From Eledone cirrhosa (lineage: Eukaryota), in the NCBI GenBank assembly GCA_964016885.1, contig OZ024742.1, positions 25,668,001-25,732,000 on the forward strand: a stretch of DNA of 64,000 nt, written 5' to 3'. The notes beneath the pieces were generated by a model. The model was given only the letters and a program-made list of their open reading frames with translations. It was not told the DNA's origin and did not search any database. Shown here one piece after another: positions 1-13,115 of the stretch. The stretch's first letter is position 1, and the number at the start of each line of letters is the position of its first letter. A program made the position numbers and the translations under genes.

Positions 1-112
1 AAGCAGTTTCCTCCCGAGCTGTTAGTTCACGCGGTATTCTCTGCTACACCTTTTCGTTATAATACCGAACAACGTACTGCTGGTCACTCCTTCCTCCAAA
101 AGCCGTACAAAG

Positions 113-172
<60 letters not shown>

Positions 173-659
173 AACAGATTAAAGTTTAAGCAAAGAATCG
201 CTGCTTTCAACATTAACGGGAACTTCTGAAACTAAAAAATTTAATCTGTGAACGCAGAATTATATATTTCGAGAAACGTTGCAAACGAAGGAAAACAGGA
301 AGACGATATTTTGGTTCGTGAAGACGTTCCCTGGTAATGAACGGAAAAAAAGCGATGATAATACGTCGCTATGTGGACCGAGAAGAACTATTTCATGCAA
401 AGACAAGACCAAGTTTATGGTATAAATGGAGTCGTTAGACTAATATTCTATTTGAAATAACCGAATGATTTCCAGCCCCGGAGTTTAAGAATGATGTAAA
501 TAAAATTGAAAACAAAAATGACAGAGGTTATTAAAATAGTAAAAGTAAATATTTAGGCTAGTACAATAGTATGCCCCGACAGAAATACACATACATACAC
601 ACACACAAATACATACACACCCACAAACACACACACACACGCACGCACGTACGCACGCG

Positions 660-1099
660 CGCGTATGTATAAACCTTATGCATTTATACAGTATTTTCAC
701 CAAACTTAAGACATAGTTTACGTATGTACTCCGGATGGTCATGGGCACTTTCATTTTTCCAGATATTGATTATAGGGCCTCCCGGCAGATAACCCCCTTT
801 AATACTTTCTTGGAGTCGACTGAAGCACTGCAGTGCAATGCAACAAAACGTCATAACTTCTGGAGTGCGCAACCGATTTTCACAAAACTTGAGACATGGG
901 CTACGATTGTCCTACAGATGAATGTGAACTCTCACAATTGGCACATATTGAGTAGGGGACCCCTGGGGGCAGGAACCCCTTTTGGAAAAAGCTGATGATT
1001 TTGTAAAAGTATAGTTTTCGAAGAAGCACTGAAGTATTGACATAAATGGTATACACAACTGCTATTTAATACCCGAGGAACGCCGGGTACCTCTGCTAG
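660..1099 (+). mobile_element. Non-autonomous Helitron, 3' portion
   Basis: Ends with the hairpin ACCCGAGGAACGCCGGGT followed by CTAG|T (1096-1100). Nearly the same 3' end occurs at 37231 and 39219. The 5' TC end is not clearly located. Confidence 0.7.
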
Positions 1100-1214
1100 T
1101 ATATATATATATATATATATGGGTGGTGTATTTAGGTGTAAATACACCTTATTCTGGGTGTAAATTGCAACCTTCTCCAAATGACATGAAGCAAATCTGA
1201 CCGATCTCATTTAT

Positions 1215-1680
1215 GTTATCTTATCTAACGATCTTGGTCTTCGTTCCCCTGTATTACTCCTTACGGTTAGCTTTGCTCGAAAAATATGCCCGGCAAATTT
1301 TTTCTCGAGGCATTCTAACCCCATTCTCGTAATATCGGAGTTCTGACCACTCAATTCGGAGAAATAGCGGCTCCACTTGCTGCGACTTTCGTGATCCCCG
1401 ATCTACGTGTTCTATCGATCAATGCTACTTCAGAAACGCTTCGGAGGAGCATATTCAGGTTCGTATTCTTTCGGTATTTACTAAAGATTCATGACCATTT
1501 GTAATGACCAAATATAGAATTAAAGATAGCGAGGTTGGCTTTTACACATACTTCCCTTCTTACATTTAATTCTGCCTCCAGCTTTCCATTACACGTTAAA
1601 ACCTCTCCGCGATTCTTGAATTTCTCCAGTTTCTTCAGTGTAACTCTCACATGTAGAGCACATCTTACAGGCATTCTTAA
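1215..1680 (-). mobile_element. Degraded RTE-clade LINE fragment (C-terminal part of RT)
   Basis: Nucleotide similarity by eye to 31360-31975, which translates to an RTE-like C-terminal region. Many stops and frameshifts. Confidence 0.55.
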
Positions 1681-2139
1681 GAAGACGAGTATAATTTATA
1701 TTTATTCCTACTGTATAAATCTCTCGTCATATTATGTAATATCATTTCGTCGTTAAATGCCACTCGGCCGATCCTATATCCGTCACTCTTTATAGTACTT
1801 CCAATCCGGCTGCGCATGTCAGTTCTGTTCATGAATATAGTATGATATATTATAAATATAAACATATATGCACGGATTTATAATTTATTGGGTCGTATCA
1901 TATTACACTATTGTTTATTTAGACAACGGAATTAAATATTTCAAACACATTAGAAACCGTCGAAAATACAGCCGAAAATATGATATACATCATTGGATTA
2001 TATCGGTGATTGTGATTTTAATAAATATCCCCTGATATTTAGCGATGTGTGGTAATTCAATAACATATGTAGACGCACGTGCAGATATAAGCATATGTAT
2101 GTTCTTCTGGTTATATAGTAATATCAATTTTTACCAATA

Positions 2140-3056
2140 GAGAGAGAGAGAGTCGGTTTCTAACATGGACACAAGACTATTTCACTGACAACATCAACTA
2201 GGTATATATGCCTGCATGCGTGCATGTGTGGAGATATGGATGTTATTGTATGTACAGATGTGTATGTTTTGCTTTGTATTTGTACATATATATACGCAGT
2301 TATTACATGCAGAATATTTACATAGTATTACTGTTCCATTAATGGATTGTACTTGTAATTTCCTAACTAGTTGGGTTCTTTCTGGTTCTGTGAAGCCCAG
2401 ATTCTCAAGAATTATTGTTAAGCAATTATCAACATATCCCAGTGTTCCAATAAGCACATGCATGTATGTATGCTCTTCTAGTTTTATAATTTCACAAATT
2501 TTTGACAATAGAGAGTCGGTTCCTAACATAATTACAAGACTCTCTCATTGGAATTTACACATTAACTAGGTAGATATGTATGTCTGCATGCATGCATGTG
2601 TGTGCAGGTATGGCTGACATTGTATGTGTGGAGGTGTATGTTTTGAGTTTTATGTGTGCATGTGCATACGCTTTGTATCTGTACATGTGTATATGCAGTT
2701 ATTAGATGCAACATTTTTGGAATGTTTTACATATTTTTACTGTTCCATTAATGGATTGTACTTGTAATTTCCTAATTAGTTGTGTTCTTTCTGTTCCTGT
2801 GAAGCCCAGCTTCTCAAGATTTGTATTGAGGCAGTTACTAACATATCCCAGTACCCCAATAATCACAGGCATAAATCTGAAGGTATAGTCAGGGTGGAGT
2901 ATCTGCAGATTTCTCATTAGTTCTGTATACATATTCTCCTTTTAGCTGATCTTTGATATTATGTTGGCATCTGATGGGCAGCTAACTTCCACTACTGTGC
3001 ATGCCTTCTTTTCCCTATCCCATATCATTATATCTGGTCTGTTATGCCTGCATTTT
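2140..3056 (-). mobile_element. Two diverged tandem 3' fragments of an R4/Dong-like RLE LINE
   Basis: Translations include NRPDI...VVEVSCP and YTELMRNLQILHPDYTFRFMPVIIGVLG...QVQSINGTVKICKTF, a restriction-like endonuclease C-terminus. A ~370-bp block is duplicated, starting near 2140 and 2510. Confidence 0.7.
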
Positions 3057-3065
3057 ATGTATGTA

Positions 3066-4062
3066 TGTATGTTTATCTCTTTCTCTTAATTTCGAGTATA
3101 TATTTGACCGGCCACATTCCTGGTGGCAAGGTTGTAAAAGAAAAGAAATTGTCATCCCTTGAATCGCAAGAATGTTTTGCAAATATTGAAGGTGCCAGTT
3201 ATCGCAGCCATTTGTAGACTATGAATTAGGGAGCTGCGCTCTTTGTCCGCAAATCCAAGTTCAGTTATACATTTCTCCAAGCGGGTTGGTATATAAACCG
3301 TAACTCCAATAATGATGGGTATGAAGCTAAAGGTCTATCTTGGATACTGGATTTGTAAACTTCTCATCAATGGTCCGTAGATGTCCTCCTTCTCCTGTAT
3401 TTTTTCTGACAACGTTTACACAAGTGGGCAGCTGATCTCCACAACAGAACACGTTTCCAATGTGTGGTCCCAAACAACAATATCAGGCCGGTTGTGCTTT
3501 AGTTTGGTGGCAGTTTTTATTTTCAGGTTCCACCAGTATTCCTTAGTGCCATCTGTCTCAATATATTCTTCCTCGTTTGTTTTTAATTTTGTTTTCCGAA
3601 GTGCGTTCCAGATGGTTCTAGCTATTCCATCGTGTCTCATGAGGAGGTAGTAGCGAGATGACATTTTTTCGCAGCTGGGCAACAATGTGGCTTACATCTT
3701 CGATCTTTGTTTTACATAGCCTACATTTATTGTCAGCTGATCGCCTTCCTCTTTTGTGCAGCAGATATTTGGTAGGGAGTTCTTGTTCTTGTATTGCATA
3801 GAGATATCCCTCAAGGTGTGATGTCATAAACTTGTCGGAACTCCATGCCAGGATTTTTGAGTGGTTTATCCCCATTATAGTCTGTGTTTTACATCTCAAG
3901 TATCCACGCACCACTTTTTCTGTAAATTGGTCAATTTTTTTAACATTGAATAGGTTGTTCCGATTCCTCTGGGTGAGAGATTTGTATCAGGCTTTATTCC
4001 ATATCTCTCCTCCAGATCAGTGGCTATCCTAATGCTATTTGTTTCTTCATGCTCATAAACCT
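3066..4062 (-). mobile_element. 5'-truncated R4/Dong-like LINE (CCHC knuckle + RLE)
   Basis: EGYLYAIQEQELPTK...CRLCKTKIEDVSHIV (CCHC knuckle) and KHNRPDIVVWD...VVEISCP (PD..E/D nuclease). Flanked on both sides by (TATG)n. Confidence 0.8.
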
Positions 4063-4065
4063 ATG

Positions 4066-4099
<34 letters not shown>

Positions 4100-4185
4100 T
4101 GTATGTATGTATGTATGTATGTATGTATGTGTGTATGTATGTATGTATGTATGTATGTATGTATGTATGTACATGTATGTATATA

Positions 4186-4337
4186 AATCAGCAGGAGGGC
4201 TCAAGCGACATGCAAAAGTACATGAACTCCAACCACAGCCGGCTATTCCCAGTGAATGTTTTGGTTGCCGACTCCCTGCAAGACATTTTAGATCATTGGC
4301 TGGGCTAAAAAGCCACATTCGATCGCAGCGCTGTTAG
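4186..4337 (+). mobile_element. LINE 3'-end remnant with degenerate C2H2 fingers (probably RTE-like)
   Basis: KSAGGLKRHAKVH...FRSLAGLKSHIRS resembles the C-terminal zinc fingers of RTE-type ORFs. A likely 3' tail lies at ~4634-4670. Confidence 0.45.
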
Positions 4338-4511
4338 TTGCTAACGTGTGTGTGTGAGTGTGTGTGTATAGATATGTTTATGTGTGCGCGTGTGTGTGTA
4401 TATATATATGTATATGTATATTATTATTGTTGTTATTATTATTATTATTATTATTATTGTTATTAATGTATATATGTGTATGTATATATATATGTGTGTA
4501 TATATGTATAT

Positions 4512-4571
<60 letters not shown>

Positions 4572-4878
4572 CTTTTTTTAATTTAATTTTATTTTTTATT
4601 TATCCATTAATATATATATATTTTCTCCTCGTGCAATGGCCATACTCGATAACGAGGGGGCAGCCATCATGTATATACGTATGTACGTACGTATACATGC
4701 ATGCATACTTGCTTAGAAAATAAATGTCTAAAAGGTACTCACCAATTTTGAGGAATCACTGTGTGAATGAAATGTTTCGATACAACACTACTGCAATAAA
4801 ACACACGATCCTATATATAGATCTAGCTTTCTAAACGACAGGAGCTCAGCAGTCGGTGTCGGCAATCCTTGATATATA

Positions 4879-5038
<160 letters not shown>

Positions 5039-5533
5039 CGTTTGTGTGTGGCCTCAGTTGGCGACATGGGAATCAGAGCTAAGCGCAGCCTCGTGAAGTG
5101 TTAATCAACAATAGAAATGTTTGATTTCATCCCAAACAAACATAAATATATATTCAGAAATAGCACAACTTATGAAGTTTTTCAAATCCTTCAATGTATT
5201 GTTACACGCATATATGCATAGGTTGCCTTTGCTGAATGTCTCCTAACCGAAGTCCCTTACCTGTTTACACACACACACACACACACTCATATATATATAT
5301 ATATATACGGGGTAACAAATAATAGTTAAATGCAGTCCACTTAGGTGTAGTCCAGTTATGGTATTCCGAGTAGTGAATGATATCAACGCTTGGCTTGGTT
5401 TGACTCAACAAGGCGTTTTCTTAGTGATGTTGCGGGTATGCTGTAATTCCTATGTTGTAAACACTTGGAGTAATAATAAATCAGGAAAGAAGATTGACAT
5501 GGTTTGCTATACAAAAAAGGATTTTAATCTCAT

Positions 5534-5641
5534 AGCTGATAATTGTTTCTCTGAACTGGAAGGTCTAGAGATCGCTATTCGCTTGTTTTCACGTTACTCG
5601 ATCGCCAATACAAAATTATAACCAGTCAGTTCTTCGGAGCA
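5534..5641 (-). ncRNA. Type I hammerhead ribozyme with long stem II (left pLTR copy)
   Basis: Minus strand reads TGCT-CCGAAGA-[ACTGACTGG...CCAGTTCAGA]-GAAA-CAATTA-TC-AGCT. Confidence 0.65.
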
Positions 5642-6041
5642 TGCAAGAATGAAGAGGATATACAGGCATGAAAGGAATATACAGGCTACTATATGAAGTA
5701 GTAATGGCATTCAGTTAGAACAATAACAACAATTACAACAATGCTAGTAATAAATTATTTGAGGAGACCCTGAAATTACATTAGGTGGGGGGTATAGTGT
5801 ATCTAAGATTTCGGCGTGTAAAACTAGCTGACATGAAGCAGAAGTATAAGGTTGACATGTAAGGAGTGTAGTAGGGTGTATTATATCAATTTTAAAGATA
5901 AGCCGGTGTTTATCAACAATGTAGGTCAGGTGGCCGTAATGTTCAGTATTTATCTGACCGACGAAGTATTTATCATTGAGTAGAATTTGTGTGGTCTACA
6001 TTAGATGAGAATACAGTCTTTCTTTTCATCTTCAAATAGGA

Positions 6042-8416
6042 ATGTCACTGAAAAACATACCTATACCTACAAAAAAGGACTATACACTGGGCATGATACA
6101 ACGGCCTAATGATTTCATCCGCAGGGTCCGATGGAAAGTTTACCATTTCGACAAGGGACCGAATACTACGCAAGGGAATTTTCTAAGGAGAATTACGGGT
6201 TTAAATCCTGCAAAAACCCGCCAAACAACCTCGCACTCGATGCCTTCGAGCTAGACCTTATGAATATGATAAGTGAAACTAAATTAAAAAAAGGAACAAA
6301 TCACAACAAATTACAAAATGACTTAAATACACTACTAAAAAAACTAAAAGACACTAACGGTATCATAGTAAAAGCAGACAAAACATCAAACGTATACTCT
6401 ATGGACATTAACACATACAATAGCTTTATCCAGCGTGAACTACATAAAAAATACAAAAAAAAACAAATGAATCTACACTCACCAGCATTAACGTGGAGGG
6501 CCTCAAGATAGTTAATAAACTCGGAATTCCAGATAGGACCAAACCGCTAACCCCGTGCAACCCAACATTTAACCTGAAGGATCACAAAAATAATTTTGAA
6601 ACAAACCCCACCATTAAATTAATATGCCCATCCAAGTCAGACATAGGCAAAATTAGCAAGAACATTCTAGATAGGGTATTCGCACAAATAAAGGGTAAAC
6701 TAGAAATCATTTTATGGGGTAACACTAACGAGGCAATTGAATAGTTCAGTAAAATACAAAATAGGGAGACGTGTAACTTCATACAATTTGATATAGACGA
6801 CTACTATGCATCCATATCCCCAGCTACCCTCGATAAGGCGCTTATATTTGCCCAAAATAACTCCGATCTTACCCATGATGAAATCGAAATAATAATAGCA
6901 GCTAGAAGGACTATCATAAAATTTGAAAATAGCTACTGGGTAAGAAAAGATAGGATAAACAGCTTCGATAAAACAATGGGATCAAATGACTCTGCGCAAA
7001 TCACAGATATCGTATAGCACACAACCTACATAATGAATTCAGTAACCTCCAAGGAGGAATTTATAGTGACGACACGCTACTTATAGCTAGGAACCTAAAC
7101 AACCTAAGCATGGAAAGATTAAGAAAAAACATTAGAATATTCTTAAAAAAACTAGGCCTAAGTATTACCTACGAACTGAACCATAACAAGGTAAACTTTC
7201 TAGATGTGACTCTAAATCTGAATACGGGATTAATAGAACCTTTCCACAAAAATAATGAGAATCTAGCCTACATTAGTTACAACTCAAACCACCCCAAATC
7301 CATAATCAGATCCATAGCACGTAGTATATCCCTCCGAATATCCCGCTTATCCTCTAACCTAGAAATCTTTAACGAACATGCTGACTATTATAATGCAGCA
7401 TTACGTAGGGCCGGTCATAAAGATAAACTGCAGTATATAGTGAATAAAGACAACGTAAACAATCCTAGTAACAACTACACCAACCGCTCACACAATAATA
7501 GAAGTAACTGGACTAGACATAGGGTTAGGCACGTAGCACCTGGAGTGAACGGTCAAAACACTAATAACGTAAACCCAAGAAACAATAGAAGAATCAGACA
7601 AAGAAAATACCTATGGTTCAACCCAATCTTCAACTCCTCTATAAAAACTAGACTGCCCTCTACATTCTTTAGACTAATAGATAAACACTTCCCTATTTCA
7701 CATAGATATCATAAAATACTCAATAGAATTGCTATAAAACTCTCATACTCGACAGCAGCAAATATAGAATCACACATACGCAAGATCAACCAAAGAAATA
7801 TCTCTAGTAAATCAGCCGCACCTATGCACAACGTAGCACCAAATTATAAGCATAAACAAATCACAGTATCACAACCGCAAGCGCATACAAACGCGCAGCA
7901 GCAAAACCCCAATGGGCATATATCACAACCCACTTATAACAGAGTACTAAACAGGAGTGTAGAAGCTGCACAAAATAGCACCTCAAACTGTAACTGTCAC
8001 CTACCAGATAGGTGCCAATTAGCGAACAGATGTCTCGATTCGAGCCTAGTGTACATGTGCACGGTCAACTCGGATAACTCCACTTGAAATTACATAGGAT
8101 CCACCGCGGGTTCTTTTTAAAAAAAAGATGGTATGTGCACAGGCACTCGATGAAAAACCGTGCACTTATGGTTTCCACAACCCTCGCCAAAAAAATATGG
8201 GAACTGAAGGACAGCAGCACTAACTACAGTATCAACTGGTCGAAGTTGTCGGCTGCTAAAACCTATAGTACAGGTATGTCCCACTGCGGGCTATGTGATC
8301 TAGAACTAATGTATATCCTCAAAAATGTAAAAAGGCTACTTAACAATACGTTAGAAAGATCTATGTTCTGCAGACATAGAATTGCCACTAAATTCATAAG
8401 ATTCAAACCTCTGTGA
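6042..8416 (+). pseudogene. PLE reverse transcriptase / GIY-YIG endonuclease pseudogene
   Basis: Motifs SLKNIPIP, KADKTSN, LKDHK, FDIDDYYASI, IYSDD (YxDD), VNFLDVTL, LWFNP, CNC..C...C, VY.C...YIGST, CGLC..E...LLN...CRH. Several frameshifts and stops. Confidence 0.9.
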
Positions 8417-9255
8417 ATCGAACCAACATAACATAGCTTTAAACTAGGATACCCACTACCCTGCATAAATCACCACAGAAATATACTCATTAAGTACACT
8501 CTAGCCTTCACAGTTCTATACCACACACATGTCTGTAAGTACCTCATCAACCCATAAACTTATTCCTACTCAGCTGCTGCCATCATTTGATCCTAAATCC
8601 AAGAATTTCTCAAATCACTACTACAATGTAACTTTACCATCCTTTTGCCATAATTACAGTCAGCATGTTTATCTCTTTGCATGTATGTATGTATGTATTT
8701 GTACGAGTGTATATTGATGTGTATGTATATGTCTATGTACACGTGCGTGTGTATATATATATATGTGGGTGTATATATATATATATATATAACCTCCTTA
8801 ACCTCTGTATTAACTTGCCCATTATTTAGCTTTGACAGTGTTGTCCCATACATGTATATTATTGAAGATGAAAAGAAAGACTGTATTCTCATCTAATGTA
8901 GACCACACAAATTCTACTCAATGATAAATACTTCGTCGGTCAGATAAATACTGAACATTACGGCCACCTGACCTACATTGTTGATAAACACCGGCTTATC
9001 TTTAAAATTGATATAATACACCCTACGACACTCCTTACATGTCAACCTTATACTTCTGCTTCATGTCAGCTAGTTTTACACGCCGAAATCTTAGATACAC
9101 TATACCCCCCACCTAATGTAATTTCAGGGTCTCCTCAAATAATTTATTACTAGCATTGTTGTAATTGTTGTTATTGTTCTAACTGAATGCCATTACTACT
9201 TCATATAGTAGCCTATATATTCCTTTCATGCCTGTATATCCTCTTCATTCTTGCA

Positions 9256-9363
9256 TGCTCCGAAGAACTGACTGGTTATAATTTTGTATTGGCGATCGAG
9301 TAAAGTGAAAACAAGCGAATAGCGATCTCTAGACCTACCAGTTCAGAGCAACAATTGTCAGCA
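9256..9363 (+). ncRNA. Type I hammerhead ribozyme with long stem II (right pLTR copy)
   Basis: TGCT-CCGAAGA-[ACTGACTGGT...ACCAGTTCAGA]-GCAA(GAAA in the left copy)-CAATTG-TC-AGCA. Confidence 0.65.
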
Positions 9364-9418
9364 ATGAGATTAAAAACCTTTTTTGTATAGCAAACCATGT
9401 CAATCTTCTTTCCTGATT

Positions 9419-9464
<46 letters not shown>

Positions 9465-9663
9465 TTAAGGATACTATTTATGGTTATGTATATACTAAAA
9501 CCTTTTATAGTTATATATATTTTAAACCCTAAATAGTGAAAGACAGTAATTTATTACTACCTTATTACCAGTAAGATAAATAGATCAATGTAACAACATC
9601 AGTTGTTTTACAGAGCAGTTAGATAGAAATTACATGAATCAAAGTTCTGTTTAAATCCTTTAT

Positions 9664-9712
9664 TTGCTTACAATTGTTTCTTCCAAACCGAGGTTTGAGG
9701 TCTTCGGAGCAA
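9664..9712 (-). ncRNA. Minimal type I hammerhead ribozyme (CCGAAGA core)
   Basis: TTGCT-CCGAAGA-CCTCAAACC TC GGTTTGGAA-GAAA-CAATTG-TA-AGCAA. Confidence 0.8.
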
Positions 9713-10124
9713 TTATTCAGGGATTTTTTACATATTTGACCTCCTTTCTAACACAAGAGACATATATAAACATATGTATATATTGACGCACAGTGGTTTG
9801 ACATCCATTATAATAATATAGCATGGCAATTTACATACAAAGATTACAGTTATATTAAAGGACAAAATCAAAGTTAAAATTAAAATACAACAATGGCAGT
9901 TTACGAAGATAAAGCAAGAGTTACATGTAATACAAGCTTGTATTACATGTAACACTCTGCCGCACTGTAATCTTGTATAAATAAGACACGCGTGCATGCC
10001 TCACGTGTGACTGTTGCATACACTGGCTACTTCAAACTATCCACTGTGCGTCAATATATACATATGTTTCTATATGTCTCTTGTGTTGGAAAGGAGGTCA
10101 AGTATGTAAAAAATCACTGAATAA

Positions 10125-10173
10125 TTGCTCCGAAGACTCCAAACCTCGGTTTGGAAGAAACAATTATAAGCAA
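10125..10173 (+). ncRNA. Minimal type I hammerhead ribozyme (CCGAAGA core, stem III mismatch)
   Basis: TTGCT-CCGAAGA-CTCCAAACC TC GGTTTGGAA-GAAA-CAATTA-TA-AGCAA. Confidence 0.7.
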
Positions 10174-10206
10174 ATAAATGATTTAAACAGAAATTTGATT
10201 CATGGA

Positions 10207-10318
<112 letters not shown>

Positions 10319-10453
10319 TAGAAAGTGAGGTTTTTTTACAAAATGAAAAATAACCGAGGTGTCCTACACGAGTGAAAGTATAATGAAAAAAAAGATGAAA
10401 TCGAAAATGAAACTGGAGCCTTATTTAAAAAAAATATATATATTTATTTGGTT

Positions 10454-10491
10454 CCTTTACCGGTTTCGCAGTTCTTCTGCTTTTCAAAAGT
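10454..10491 (-). ncRNA. Minimal type I hammerhead ribozyme, U3-A8 core variant
   Basis: (A)CTT-TTGAAAA-GCAG AAGAA CTGC-GAAA-CCGG-TA-AAGG. A second copy lies at 21912-21949. Confidence 0.7.
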
Positions 10492-11523
10492 AGAGTTGGG
10501 ATGGAGGGTCTGTGGTTTTTCTGACATCAGATGTATATGTGTGTGTGTGTGCGTGTAAGTGTGTATGGGTGTGTATATATGCATATAGCGAGAGAGAGTT
10601 AAAGAGCGAGAAAGAGATGATTATATAGAGTGTATGACAGAGAGAAAATGAGAGATATAGATAAAAATGAAGATATAAATATATATGTATCCTTGAGTGA
10701 GGACGTGTTTATTAATGTTTAATTTCTTATTAGTTTACTGCAGCGAAGCGTCTGACCTTATACAGTATACCATTATCTACAATGAGGGATTTGAACGTGA
10801 AATTATTCAAAATATTCAAAATATGGAAATACATTATCAAAATGAGTTCTTCTCCAGTGGAATTCCTCAAGAATTGCAATGTCTTATCGCGAGAAATCTT
10901 TCTTGGAAATACATATTACGTATCAGGTCTGTTTTTTGTACGTAAACTTATGGGTTTTCGGAGATTGTACATCGTTGATATTGTGTAGTGCACTATATAT
11001 ATATATATATATATATATACGTAAAACTATATATATATATATATACGTAAACAGAAATAACAACACAATCGGTACAGTATATGGAAGATATATATTAGGT
11101 TAACGCTTGATATAGCAGGGAGAATGTCGTAAATTTTCTGACGCTAGTAATTCATCAGAAGAAAGAATGAGAAATAAGATAGATTGAGGGGACGGGTGGG
11201 ATGGAATTGGAAAAAATGTCTTTAGATAAAAATTACAGATTCATTCATGTTGAGATCTCTTGCAAAACTTTTGGTGCTGGAGTTCTGTAAATTATTTATC
11301 TTTTAGAAAAGTGGATGATGGAGCACGTCTACCTGAAATGGAAAAAAAAACGTTTTGTTAAAAGAGCTATACTCGAGCCCGTGCGTAAGCATGTGTTTGT
11401 GTGTGTGCTTGTGTGTGTGTGTGTATTATTATAGGTCCGTACGAAGTTAAGAAGAAATGTGTGTGTATATGTGAGTAAAAGAGTGTGTGTGCATGTAAGT
11501 ATGAAGGTATAAGGAAATGTATC

Positions 11524-11598
<75 letters not shown>

Positions 11599-11644
11599 AA
11601 ATATATATGTATATATATATATATATATATATTTATGTATATAT

Positions 11645-11700
<56 letters not shown>

Positions 11701-11902
11701 CTATGTACACGTACATACATATATGTATACAGACGTATAGTAGTATGTACATATATATGCATACATGCACACATATATATATGTACTTGTGGATTCACCG
11801 AACATCTATTACAATGCTCGGTGTGTTTGTAAACAAACATCCCGTATTAAGCCGGAGTGTCCAGCAATCATCGTTGCTCGTTTGTTCAACACTGACAAAG
11901 GA

Positions 11903-11945
11903 ACGATGTACTAGTTTCAAGCTTATTAGCTATCGTCAGCAACGT
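11903..11945 (-). ncRNA. Minimal type I hammerhead ribozyme
   Basis: ACGTTG-CTGACGA-TAGCT AATA AGCTT-GAAA-CTAG-TA-CATCGT. Confidence 0.8.
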
Positions 11946-12370
11946 ATACCTTCCTGCCAGATTGTTGAACGTATATACTTACCTTATGCATATTAACGGC
12001 TGAGTAGCGCAATTTGCATATAGAGTGAGTTAATCGCCCGGATGCACCGAAAACGATAAACGGAAAAAATGAAACGAAATTTCATTTCCCACTCTTAGTG
12101 GGAAATGATACGTACATATATATGTGTGCATGTATGTATATATATGTACATACTACTGTACGTCTGTATACATATATGTATGCACGCGTACATACTTATA
12201 TTTAAGTAACAGCCGTACTAAGAGTGGGAAATGAAATTTCGTTTCATTTTTTCTGTTTATCGTTTTCGGTGCACCCGGCCGATTACCCCACTCGATATGC
12301 AAATTGGGCTACTCAGCCGTTAATATGCATAAGGTAAGTATATACGTTCAACAATCTGGCATGAAGGTAT

Positions 12371-12413
12371 ACGTTGCTGACGATAGCTAATAAGCTTGAA
12401 ACTAGTACAGCGT
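12371..12413 (+). ncRNA. Minimal type I hammerhead ribozyme (intact core)
   Basis: ACGTTG-CTGACGA-TAGCT AATA AGCTT-GAAA-CTAG-TA-CAGCGT. Stem III is the palindrome CTAG and the cleavage triplet is GUA. Confidence 0.88.
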
Positions 12414-12796
12414 TCCTTTGTCAGTGTTGAACAAACGAGCAACGATGGTTGCTGGACACTACGGCTTAATACGAGATGTTTGTTTACAAACACACAGAGC
12501 ATTGTAATAGATGTTCGGTGAATCCATACGTACATATATATATATATATGTGTGCATGTATGTATATATATGTACATACTACTGTACGTCTGTATACATA
12601 TATGTATGTACGTGTACATACTTATATTTAAGTAACAGCCGTACTAAGCGTGGGAAATGAAATTTCGTTTCATTTTTTCTGTTTATCGTTTTCGGTGCAC
12701 CCGGCCGATTACCCCACTCGATATGCAAATTGGGCTACTCAGCCGTTAATATGCATAAGGTAAGTATATACGTTCAACAATCTGGCATGAAGGTAT

Positions 12797-12839
12797 ACGT
12801 TGTTGACGATAGCTAATAAGCTTGAAACTAGTACAGCGT
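12797..12839 (+). ncRNA. Minimal type I hammerhead ribozyme (C3>U)
   Basis: Same as 12371-12413 except the core reads TTGACGA. Confidence 0.7.
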
Positions 12840-13115
12840 TCCTTTGTCAGTGTTGAACAAACGAGCAACGATGGTTGCTGGACACTACGGCTTAATACGG
12901 GATGTTTGTTTACAAACACACAGAGCATTGTAATAGATGTTCGGTGAATCCATACGTACATATATATATATATATATATATGTGTGCATGTATGTATATA
13001 TATGTACATACTACTGTACGTCTGTATACATATATGTATGTACGTGTACATACTTATATTTAAGTAACAGCCGTACTAAGCGTGGGAAATGAAATTTCGT
13101 TTCATTTTTTCCGTT

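Larger units (their letters stand above)
5474..9423 (+). mobile_element. Penelope-like element (Naiad-like) with 562-bp inverted pseudo-LTRs; ORF decayed
   Basis: 5474-6035 is the reverse complement of 8862-9423. Between them lies a frameshifted RT + GIY-YIG ORF. The right end abuts (TA)n. Confidence 0.92.

Noticed and set aside
8085-8087. In-frame TGA in the Naiad-like PLE as selenocysteine (some Naiads encode selenoproteins)
   Set aside because: It is not at a conserved Cys: the related fragment at ~24.4 kb has Tyr there (KIYNYIG). The ORF has other stops and frameshifts, and no SECIS was recognised.
11607-13051. Three near-identical ~100-130-aa ORFs as a small gene family
   Set aside because: They start in microsatellite sequence, lie antisense to the hammerhead strand, and are similar only because the DNA unit is repeated.
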